A stretch of DNA of 48,876 nucleotides from Nephila pilipes. Taxonomy: Eukaryota. Below are positions 38,857 to 48,876 of the stretch, in pieces. The stretch lies in the NCBI GenBank assembly GCA_019974015.1, contig BMAW01057368.1, forward strand, positions 103,751-152,626, read 5' to 3'. Position numbers and translations under genes: made by a program. Position 1 is the first letter of the stretch. Each line of letters opens with the position of its first letter. The notes below the pieces were generated by a model. That model did no database searches and was not told where the DNA came from. It saw nothing but the letters and a program-made list of their open reading frames with translations.

Positions 38857-40464
38857 ATCTAGCTCATGATCTATCTAGAATCTCCTCTCTTTGTCTGTCT
38901 GGTCTGAAAATCAAAATAAAAAATAACTTCTTTATATATCGGTACACCACGTGGGTCTGACGAACGAGGGGCAGTTCGATCCACCCACGTGACTACCACC
39001 TATGTAGGCCACGGATTCTCGACATTGATTACCTCCTTTGATACAGCAGTGTCTATGTGTGAGAGCCAAACGGCTGTATCATCTACATAGTAGGCGGATT
39101 TTGTGTCAGGCTGAATGGTGTTCATATAAATGAGAAATAAAAAGGGACTTAGGACTGATCCCTGTGGTACGCCAGCCCTCAATTTATGTAACTCAGAGAG
39201 CACTCCATTAAACCTCACAGAGAATTTTCTATCACGAAGAAAGTCGTTAATCCATATGAGCGCATTGCCCTTTATACCTGTGTTGTAACAAATGTGTACC
39301 AGTTTCTGACTCCATACACGGTCAAATGCTGTAGGAAAGTCTAGAAACACTGCCACAGTTTTACGATGAGGTTTCATCTTAAGACCATCTATTGTATGAC
39401 ATAAATAGAAGAGCTGATCTACGTTGTTGTGATGGGATCGATATGCATTTTGGTAGAAATGAAGTTTATTGTACTTGATGAGCCAGTCCATAAGTCTGTG
39501 GTAGATTACACGTTCCATTAGCTAGCAAAGTGTGCTGGTGAGTATTGGCCTAAAGTTATTGCATTGGGATGCATTTTTGCTTGGCTTTAGTAATATAGGA
39601 ATTATTATGGAGTTTTTCCAGATTTTTGGTAATTTGCCTGTAGTCAAGGAGAGGTTGAAAATTTCCAAAAGTTCCTTTTTTGCACTTAATCCAAAGTGCT
39701 GCAACATCTGGCCAAAGATTAAGTCACTACTGGGAGTTTTGAGGAGATCCATTTTGGCAATCGCAAAATCTAGCTCCTCCATTGATACTCGTTCAGTGAA
39801 AATGTCATTAATTTGGTAGTTTCTTGAGAACTTTATCGAATTTCTATGGGCATTGAGCAATTTTTTATCATTTGCATTGAAATCCGGTTTACTTTTTATT
39901 CCATAATGCTCTGCAAGCATCGATGTAGTTTCTTTGTTTGTGGCAGCACTTTTGCCAGAAAGGGAAATTGTGTTTGACTGAAGATTAACTTTCCTTAGAG
40001 TTGTTTGATTATTTAAAATTTTAATGACTTTCCAGTGCTATGAAATCCTTCTAGGGTCTAATTTTTCACAGAATTCAGCCCATTTCTTACGCTTGCAAGA
40101 GGAGATTTTCTCCTCAACTCTATGACAAATCTCGGTGAATCTCAATCTGATTGTATCAGTGTTATTTGCCATCAGAACAACACAAAGTTTGTCGTGTTCA
40201 TGAATGAGAGCATCAATATTAGCATCTTTCCAATAGGAGACCCAGTCGTCTCTTTTGATTCTAGAAATTGAGACTTTTGCTGCCGAAAGGATGCGCATGG
40301 TAAATGTTCGTATTTTATCTTCGAGCATTAAAATCACTGTAAAGTAAAATTAGTTTTTGGTTTCTGAGGAATATATATGTTGTAATTTTTTCATGTATAT
40401 CTTTTCATGTATAACTTTTTTTTTCAAATTTTTGAATCTTAAGAAAAATTCTGTTTTTTACTAT

Positions 40465-40925
40465 GCCACATTAGCATGGTTGTGGACATGTTGCCAGCGT
40501 TATTTTCATTGAGTCTTGGATTCGACCTCTGATGCCACTAAATACTCGCCATGTAGCCTGGGATCAAAATCGAAGCAGTCAGTCTTCTGAGAAGCAAAAG
40601 GCGTGGACCACAGGAAGTTTATATCTGCCGGAGAAACAGTATACGATCAGTTTTATGCCAAAGTAATTGAATGTTTGAGGATTAGAAGATCCACAGCATT
40701 TAAAGGGAAATCGTTGGAACCTGAATGCTTCATTCCGACATCACTACTGTAGTAGGGTCTGATGTACATTAAATTTGTCAATGTCATAAATGCTCTCTGG
40801 CAGGGTGTGGAAGTTTAAAGAGCGAGAAGCCACTGTGTGTCATCCAATGTCTTTTAATTGAGTTTCAAAATTATGAGGTCTGCCACAAATAACCCTCGGA
40901 TTGCTTCTCAGTGTGACGTCATTGC
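40465..40925 (+). mobile_element. SINE copy B, longer variant with inserted central region
   Basis: tRNA-like GGATTCGACCTCTGATGCC segment. The 3' module ...aatgctctctggcagggtgtggaagtttaaagagcga...caaaattatgaggtctgccacaaataaccctcggattgcttctcagtgtgacgtc matches the other copies. Confidence 0.55.
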
Positions 40926-41214
40926 ATACTTGCAATGTATGTTAATGGAATTACTGTATTTTCTTGGTTCTGTTTTCATTTTAAAAAGTTTTTTCACTTG
41001 ATTATCCAATTTTGCTAAATCTTAAATGATTTTTAAACTTAAGTGTTTATTATTAATTTTATAAATCATTTTCAAAATATATTATGTAGCATATAACCTT
41101 CTTAATAAACTATTTTCATCATGTATGATTTTATAATTTTTTCCTTATTTTTAAGTTAAAAGTGACTTTTTGATTGTAGTTATGAATTAATGGCTGGCGT
41201 TGTTTTTATCTAAA

Positions 41215-41462
41215 AGGGGGTTCAAGCCCTGAAACCATTAAAAACTTCTTATATAGTGCAGCTAATGCACCTTAAATCTGGTCGAGGTCTCATGTCCTCC
41301 AGTGGGCATGGTGTGGAACTTTGGAGAGAGAGGGGGGGGGGGGGTTTCCAGCTTAAGTGTTATTCTCATCACTTTGTGGATATTCAAAATTACGAGATTC
41401 ATCACTGATCTCTTGTTGCTTCTCAGTGCAATGTCAATAAAACAATATTTTAAGTTGAAAAT
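41215..41462 (+). mobile_element. SINE copy C, 5'-truncated
   Basis: GGGGGTTCAAGCCC B-box-like segment followed by cacc ttaaatctggtcgaggtctcatgtcctcc...ttcaaaattacgagattcatcac..cttgttgcttctcagtgcaatgtcaataaaa. It has the same 3' module as the other copies and contains a G12 run. Confidence 0.55.
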
Positions 41463-42330
41463 TTAATTATTCAATTGAAAAAACGCTTGATGCTTCCTCA
41501 ATTTAATTTTGGTAAGTAATAGTACGAAATCATTTAAACTGATTTCCACGAAAATGAATTTTCTTATGTACTTTTATTTCAATTGGTTTCAATTATTCAT
41601 TTACTTTTTAATTAGGGTCTTGCAATAAAAACTTTGGTTTGTCAATATTTTCATTAATTGTAAATCTGAAATCCGTGTTAATAATCCTACAAGGCATTCA
41701 TCTAATACTATGTTAATAATCCTACATTTTACTATTGTTATTAGCACTGTAATTCAAAATAAATAGTAAATCTTGTTTAATATTAAAGAAACACATGTAT
41801 GAAAATTATTTAGAAGGATTTTACGTGGATTATCAATCCATTATATGTTTGTATTCATTGAGATAATTTCTTTTCCAGAAATAATGACTAAAGAAAAGCA
41901 TTCAAAATTCATCATAGTCCTCATGAACTAAGGAAGTTCAATTATCGCTCATTTTGGAGCGAGATATTTAAAAAAGAATGTCTCTCAAGGGTGGGAAAAG
42001 CACAAGAAAATTTTGATATTGCTGTATAGACTGAACTAATAGAGCAAGTGATAAAATCTGTTGTGCTATTTTGCAGGAGCTTTTGAAGCCATCATTCAAC
42101 TTGTGTATTTCATTTCGAAATAATAATTTTTTTTATACAAACATATTTTCAGGGCCACCATCAGCAATTTGTAGATCTAAAATTCTTCAACATAAAGTGC
42201 TCGACATTATAACTAATGTCTTATGGTACATAGTAACAAAATCACTCCCTCCCATTAAACAATTGCACAAGAAAATTTATCATCCAGAAATTCTTTTCAT
42301 CATTGTTCCAAGTCACTAAACTCAAAACAA

Positions 42331-42594
42331 GTCGGCTGCGGTAGCCTGGTGGTCGCAGACTCAATGCGGCTTTACTTTCGTCGAGTTGTGGGTTCGAGCT
42401 CTGATGCCTCTAGAGACCCACCGTGTAGCAAGGTTGATACACGTTAAATCTGATCAAGGTCTCAAGTCCTCTCACTGGTGTGGGGTGGGTGCCAGTTTAG
42501 GTGTCGTTCTCTTCACTTGACCGAAATTAAAAATTACGACGTTTTACGCCAATATCTTACTTGTTGCTTCTCAGTGAAAAATTAATAAGCATTC
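42331..42594 (+). mobile_element. SINE copy D with target-site duplication
   Basis: GTCGGCTGCGGTAGCCTGGTGGTCGCAG...GTGGGTTCGAGCTCTGATGCC (A and B boxes), then cacgttaaatctgatcaaggtctcaagtcctc...aaaaattacgacgtt..cttgttgcttctcagtg. It is flanked by cactaaactcaaaacaa (42314-42330) and cactaaactcaaacaa (42596-42611). Confidence 0.75.
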
Positions 42595-44636
42595 GCACTA
42601 AACTCAAACAATTTTTATTCAAAAAATACAGAAAAGCCTACATAACTATAAAATGGCCCTAATGCTTAATCCTCTACAACATTCACTTTTTACACCTTTT
42701 ATTGTCTTGTTGGTGTGTTAAAATGAATATCTGTTACTTTATTTCAGTTTTGCTGAAAAATTTCTTTCCTTTATGTACTTTTATTATTTTTGGCAACGCA
42801 GGTGTTGGTAGTTACAGATGTGGCTTAAAATCTCTATCTACTGTTTCTCATCAATCTGTCTGGTCTAGGTCGACTCCATTGTTATGGTTTTAATTTTTCT
42901 TTCACCTCTTCTGTCTCTCTTCATACAATAATTCTTCGGAGCTGGTTCCCTGCTTCACTGCTGCTATATATTTTCAAATATTGTCCAATCTGTTACTGCT
43001 TGAAATCAGAGTAAAGCGGTTGCCGTCACTGTGTACTCTCAAATGCATTTTAACTATTACTCTGTTTTCTAGCGATGAAACTAATAGATTTTTCTATGTA
43101 CGATTTGTACAGCACTCTTGCACAGTGTGCTATTTGTACAGCTCCTCTTCCAGCTAGAATCCAAAAGTTGTAGAAAAATATTTGCGATTTAACATTATTA
43201 TTTTTACTATTTTGCGATTTAACATTATTCCTTTTGTATTATATAATGAGCCTTTCTACTACAGGATGTTTTTTGTTAAAATTATAGGGCTCTTGAAATC
43301 TCTTAAGCATCTTTTCTATAAATTATCTTTGTCTTCAGTCACATTATGCTATTAAGCACCTGGGGAGACAATCATTTTTCGAAATGTCTTCTTCTGAATT
43401 AGAAGGTTTTTTTTAACCAGTTTATAGTTGTTTGAACTTTTTTTATTTCTCTCGCCATGAGAAAATTAATCCATATTTTTCTTCCTTAACCAGAATAAAT
43501 ATAACAAGAAAAGTATTGGTTGAAAAAATTAGAATATAAATGCTCCTGAAATGAATCTTTTTAATAATTACTCAATTCACTTAATTATTTTTTGAAGATT
43601 TGCTAAGCATCCAATGCATCAACTTGTACTTTTTCTCCCAGAATTTAATCATACTAATCAAAATTAGATACATGTTACTAATCTAATCCTAACTGGCCTT
43701 TCCATAATTTAGATACCTAATATTGGTAAATGGAACAATTAGTGAAGTTATGTCTACTGAATTGAGAGATCCTGAAATGTGTCTCCAAATTTCTGGTATG
43801 GTTAATTTGCAAATTTCTTTCATTTTGTTATGCACAAAAACAACCTATATTTCCTTTGTCTAAATCCATGTAAATACTTATCAATGAATCTTTTTAAAAA
43901 AAATGCGTGAAATATTTTCCTACTATAATTTTTCTAATAGAGAAATACACTGCAGCTGCTAATAATTCTAATTCTGGAATAATCACTTGTTTGACAGGTG
44001 AAACTTTTGAAGTCATGCCCGTTAAATGAAAACAAATTTCGAATGAGGAGTTTCAGGATGAACACAAATTATCGTGTAAATGGTTAAATTTGTACAGCAA
44101 AAAGTGTGCCGACTTGTAAATATTGATATCAATGTTTAAAACTGTACTCATCTCTGATTACAAAGCGCTTAAAGATATACAACTTTCGATACCAATACAA
44201 AATACCAGTCTTAATTTCAGAGAAATTGTAACTTAGAAATTAGGAAAAAGGAAAAGAGAGGGAGAAAAAATCAATAGGGTCGAATGCCCAACGAGAGTAG
44301 TGGAAAGAATCCTTTCAAAAAATTTCCTTAATCTCCAAGTTTTCCAATCCAACTTTAATTTAGTTGAGAAAAATTTGAAGGAAAAAATTAACTTAATATT
44401 TTTTCAATATATCACAATTTTACTCTCAATTCATATACTCAGTATACCAATTAGTTTATAAAAATTGAAAATAAAATATTCCAAGATATCTACCATAAGC
44501 ATTCAAATTATTAAAAGATATAGATGAGAATTTTATTATATGCAAAAGTATCTAGAAAATCAGTACTTCATGAAAATGCATAAAATCTTGTGATATACAA
44601 TGAGTTACTTTAAATAAAATTAAAAATTGGTTCATC

Positions 44637-44781
44637 GAATAGGTGTCCCTAGAGAATAGCTTCCTAGATAGGTTGCCAAAGATGTGTGACTTAAGCATTG
44701 AGTATGCTTTGGGTTACCATGACCTAAATCGCCAATTATCAATCCCAAAAGTCGTCAATCTCTTAGTGGACACCCTATTCC
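44637..44781 (-). mobile_element. MITE-like palindromic element copy 3, reverse orientation relative to copy 1
   Basis: gaataggtgtccctagagaatagcttcctagataggttgccaaag...gggttaccatgacctaaatcgcc...cttagtggacaccctattcc. Its reverse complement matches 18996-19160 along the full length. Confidence 0.6.
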
Positions 44782-47039
44782 CAATTTGAACAGAGATTAC
44801 TTACAACACAAATGAAGAAATAAAATGCTACTGAATAAAATATACATATGCTTCTTTACTACGTCCAACTATTTACTTCATTAATATCCTCCTACATTAA
44901 ATATATTTATATGTAGGTGCATGAAATATTTATTTACATGATTAAACAAACTACAAGACTGATGTGTGACAAAATGAAAAATGTAATAAAGAACATGTGC
45001 TTTAATTTAATTATGTGCACATCATTGCTATCATGACAGATTGGGCCTTGCAATAGGCTCAGTTTGTTACAAATTGAAAAAATTTACAAGATAATAACCA
45101 ACACAAAACACAAGTCTCCTAAATAGATAATTATTAGGCTTAAAATTTTGATATATATACATAATTGTAAGAAAAAATAGAGATGTATTCAATTGTTTAC
45201 AACTAATCAAAAGTAACCTGAAACCAATATATTTTAAAACAATATACTTCTTTATAACATATGTTCAATAACAATAGTTTTATTTCACCAATATCTTTGA
45301 TATTTCAACATTTTTTTTTTTTTTTTTTCCAACAAGATACTTTGAAATTCTACAAATGATCGTATTTTAGTAAATTTGAAAGCTCACATCGTGTTAACAA
45401 GACCTCGATTATTTATTCAAACAGCAAGATATTTCTATTTCAATTTTAAAAATCATTAAATGGAATAGATGCAGACTGATTAATGTAAACAACAATGACA
45501 AAAAACTACTGAAGCATAAATTCAATTTCGTTCCAGACAAAAGATAATAAAAAAAAATAATAAGGAATTCTGCTTAACTAAATTAATACATTTCGCTTAA
45601 TTGCAAAGTACAGCCTTCTTTCAAATAATTTTTTATAGATGCTAAATATAAAATAATCTCAAAAAATAATACGTATTGCAGCAATTGTTATTACGAATTA
45701 AGTTTGTTTATACTAACCTCTATTTGCAAGTTCGTCAAAAGTATAATAAATAATTTAAAATTAAACAAATAATTCAGATTATTTTGATCACCCATGAAAT
45801 TTATATTTCAGCATCGTTCGAAGACTCGAAAATTAAAATGGCAAGTTGTTTGATTTAAGTACTAAAATAGACTACATTTTTGATACAATGCACGCAAAAT
45901 GACACTTACGAATCAACAAAAAAGAAAAAAAAAAAAATTTCAACCCCATTCTTTCAAACAGATATTATGTAAGAGAGTATTATATTGAAACCATAAAATA
46001 TTCCTGAACAAAATGAAATTACAAAAAAATAATAATAATAAATAAATATTTGAGACCCTCAATTTAAAAGAATTGAATAAATTAGAAAAAAAAGGAAGAA
46101 AACAGCGAGGCCTTGAAGTATTTAGGTCTTGAATGATTTAGTAGTAAAACAGACAGTTAAAAACGGTGACATTTTGATACATAAACACAGACATAAATTA
46201 CTTATTCACTAATATTTTTTATGTCCTAAAATATATTTCTTTTATGATATCGATAATCATTGCAAAGTGTCAAGTTTCCTATGGACCTTTTGTAGAAATG
46301 ATATCTAACGAAAATAAGGTGGTAATATCCAACACCTCACCAGGAAAGATATTAATTATCTAAAATAAGAGGCTTTGACTTTGGATTTGGGTTGATTTAT
46401 GTTTCATGCCTTTTCTTCGCGGTGTAATGAGAAATAGTCCACCAATCTGACAATCAAGTATGATAAGCGAGGGTTCTGAGTGACTAGGAACATTTTGACA
46501 AAATAAATGTTTTCGCTGGAACCAATCTGTAATGAATCTGCGTGAACCATTAGCAGAATCTTATTTCAGAGATTCCAAAGCCAAAGCTCGAATTCTGAAA
46601 ACGATCCACAAGACCACTAATACAAATATCGAATACTTAGAACCTGATTTTCAAAATATTCAAATAACATTGTAACATATATTGGCCACTATTTGAGGAC
46701 AATTACAATTACTAATTTACAGTACAAAACAATAACAAATGTGTTGTTCTGATGTGCCGAATATTCAACTTATCTCTATGTTATATACATGTACAATCTA
46801 ATATATTGCGTTTCTTTCTTATTTGAAGGTTAACAAGCTGACGACGATACTATTTGTAATTTTGGAAGACAAATGATACGAGGTCCTTCAACAATAAATT
46901 ACAAATTGCTATATTATGAGCTAAAATCTTGAACAATTTTATTAGTTCTAGTCCCTTTGTATTTTGAATTTGGGTTAGAAATTAATGTTTCCGTTTCTGG
47001 TTAAACAAACCGGGTTGAGATTAAAATAAGGTTAGACTG

Positions 47040-47558
47040 CAGACGCAAGAAACTTATTGTTACGCTGGATTTGGCGACACCGCTGTGTAAGTGGTTTCTC
47101 TCCTAGTCCCCACCCGGTGAGTCGTTCATGAAGCTCATTTTAGTTTGCAGCCGTTGAGATCTAATTCCCCTCTCCTCCTAAAGTGAAAATTACAGCTCTG
47201 TGATTCCTTGTGCATGTGTCGTGCATGCAATTAATTAAACATGTGATGCATTGGTGGACATTCATTTCCAAACTTCGCCACGCAATTCAAAACAAGAGGA
47301 GAGGCATGCTACGAAGGGTGTGTACATCATCAGGACACATTCGTCCACGCTCACCAGTTTAACAACCGATCTCAACTAACAAATTTGGAATACGGTACTA
47401 TCACCCACCACCCTACAGCCCACATGACTATCATATCTTTTCTGAAATGAAGAAACATCTGGGTAGGACAATTTCAGAACCGAAAGGAGCTGAAAGAGGT
47501 TTTGAACTTACATTCGTTGCGCGACGGAAGAGTTCTCTACGATTCGAGGCATAAAGAT
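47040..47558 (+). mobile_element. mariner-like (Tc1/mariner, DD34D-type) transposase C-terminal remnant, truncated by SINE E
   Basis: Frames give ..RRGMLRRVCTSSGHIRPRSPV.QPISTNKFGIRYYHPPPYSPH..DYHIFSEMKKHLG...KELKEVLNLHSLRDGRVLYDSRHKD. This matches the mariner motifs (V)LLHDNARPHxA...WExLxHPPYSPDLAPSDYHLFxxLKxxLxGKxF.SDEEVK. There are frameshifts. Confidence 0.6.
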
Positions 47559-47828
47559 TAGTTTAGTTTAGTTTTATTAACGTCACACTAGAAGCAAAGA
47601 GAGCTATTGGTGATTGAATTCTAAATTTGAATCGAGTGACGAGGACGACACCTGAGTTGAAACCCCTCTTCTATCTTCCACACCACTCCAAGGAGCCTTT
47701 TGGGTCCGACAAGATTTAACTGCTTCCCAGCTACCCGGTAGGTCGCCAGTGGCCAAGCATCGACCCCAATGACTGAACGAAAATGTTGGCCACGAATACC
47801 GACCATAGTACTGAGCGTGGTCACCAGG
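47559..47828 (-). mobile_element. SINE copy E, reverse orientation, first of a tandem pair
   Basis: Reverse complement of the family 3' module (ttattaacgtcacactagaagcaaagagagctattggtga...) and a diverged tRNA-like head (..gttggccacgaataccgacc..). Confidence 0.65.
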
Positions 47829-47840
47829 TATAAAGGTGAT

Positions 47841-48107
47841 GTTTTAGTTTAGTTTTTATTAACGTCGCACTAGAGCAACACGAGAGCTACTGGCGACGGA
47901 CCTCGTAATTTTGAACCACGTCAAGTGACGAGACGACCTGATGGACCCCCTCCTTACTTCCACAACGAAAAGGACTTTGGCACCGACAGATTTAACGGCA
48001 TCAGCCCCAGCTATACGGCAGTCTTTGGCGCCAAAGGATCGAACCGCGACTGAAAGAAAACTGTCGGTCACGAGTCCTCGACCTTGACCACTAGACTACC
48101 GGCCCCC
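47841..48107 (-). mobile_element. SINE copy F, reverse orientation, near-identical to copy A
   Basis: ttattaacgtcgcactagagcaacacgagagctactggcgacggacctcgtaattttgaaccacg... is the reverse complement of copy A at 38574-38856. It ends in ..gaccactagactaccggccccc, the reverse complement of the GGGGCCGGTAGTCTAGTGGTC head. Both E and F are preceded or followed by ataaag(a/g)tg. Confidence 0.7.
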
Positions 48108-48274
48108 ATAAAGATGGTGTACCTCATGCAAAAATGCAATTGGCGATTATGTCGAAACTGAGGAAACTTAAGCTTTCCACAATATTATTCAATGCCGATG
48201 AACATGTTTTTACAACGTTTTTCTGAATTTCACTTGGTGTGTGTGAGTGTGTCATGAAATTTTTGATCGTTATT

Positions 48275-48765
48275 TAACCAACTTCCCATCAAGCTAGAGC
48301 TTTGAAATTATGGAATCGTTCGTACTCGCCTACAATGCAATATATTAGACGTTTGCGACAAGTTTTAACTCATATTTTTTAATAATGCAGTTTAAAAGCG
48401 AATCACATGGTGCAATTTGAATAATTGCACTTGTTAGCATTATTTTGAACGTTGCTGGCCGGACCAATTTAGTACATTTGGCAAAATACGCAAATACCCT
48501 GTTCCAAGAGTGGTTTGACTTCAACTGCCCTTCAACGATTTGTTACGATTTATGGATTACAATTTTAGTTAGTTTTAACGTTGTTATGTATTTCACTGCG
48601 TGTCTGCGGTCTGTATGTATATTGTCATATCAAATGTAAATTGTCTGTGTTTTAACTAACTTCCCATTACGCTAGAACTCTGAAATTTTGGGAATGTTTC
48701 TTTTGCCTAACAATGCAATATTTGAATATTTGCGACAGTTTTAACTAATATTTTAATAATTTTTA
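48275..48765. repeat. Pair of roughly 115-bp direct repeats (48275-48390 and 48653-48765), about 380 bp apart
   Basis: ttaaccaacttcccatcaagctagagctttgaaattatggaatcgttcgtactcgcctacaatgcaatatattagacgtttgcgacaagttttaactcatatttttt versus ttaactaacttcccattacgctagaactctgaaattttgggaatgtttcttttgcctaacaatgcaatatttgaatatttgcgacagttttaactaatatttt. Confidence 0.6.
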
Positions 48766-48876
48766 ATAAACTTGCCACCATATAAAAACGTTGTTTTCAA
48801 AACGTTGGTTTTATTTCGAATTATTCATTTTGAAAATCATTGGGAACCACTTTTACACTAAACTCTCAGAACAAAA

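Larger units (their letters stand above)
37966..40340 (-). mobile_element. jockey/CR1-like LINE ORF2 (RT) remnant, interrupted by nested insertions at about 38220-39000
   Basis: Minus ORFs: 40337..40038, 39920..39522 (KLPKIWKNSIIIPILKPSK...FRPIL, RT domain 0/1), 39518..39000 (VFLDFPTAFDRVWSQKL...GVPQGSVLSPFLFLIYMN...YVDDTAVW, RT motifs A-C) and 38184..37966 (KYLGIILDPELHFSKHW, post-motif-C block). The span 38220-39000 separates the halves and holds the SINE. Confidence 0.7.

Noticed and set aside
1-48876. A prokaryotic-style defence, toxin or other operon system, as hinted in the task
   Set aside because: The sequence is plainly eukaryotic. It has a multi-exon spliced gene with GT-AG introns, pol III SINEs, LINE and LTR reverse transcriptases, microsatellites and about 25-30% GC. 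It has no dense same-strand ORF arrays, ribosome-binding-site spacing or operon structure.

Overview
AT-rich eukaryotic (invertebrate-like metazoan) genomic DNA, not prokaryotic. Most of the window is one interrupted gene, a Major Vault Protein (MVP) homologue. Its exons translate to the conserved MVP repeat, shoulder, cap-helix and C-terminal regions, in the same order as human MVP. Twelve coding exons with canonical GT-AG introns lie on the + strand from 2801 to 35666, with a stop codon and a candidate AATAAA about 270 nt downstream. One more MVP exon, coding the residues immediately N-terminal to the first + strand exon, lies on the minus strand at 87-282. That is either a local inversion or a mis-oriented assembly. 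The long introns and the region downstream are full of decayed transposable elements. These include jockey/CR1-like LINE reverse-transcriptase fragments, a Ty3/gypsy-like LTR pol fragment, an antisense ZBED5/FAM200-like hAT transposase pseudogene, a mariner-like transposase remnant, a tRNA-derived SINE family with at least six copies and target-site duplications, and a roughly 160-bp MITE-like palindromic element in three copies. I see no rRNA or genuine tRNA genes, no CRISPR array and no prokaryotic operon or defence system. The novelty here is structural: the inverted exon, the SINE and MITE families, and the nested insertions. It is not a new functional system.
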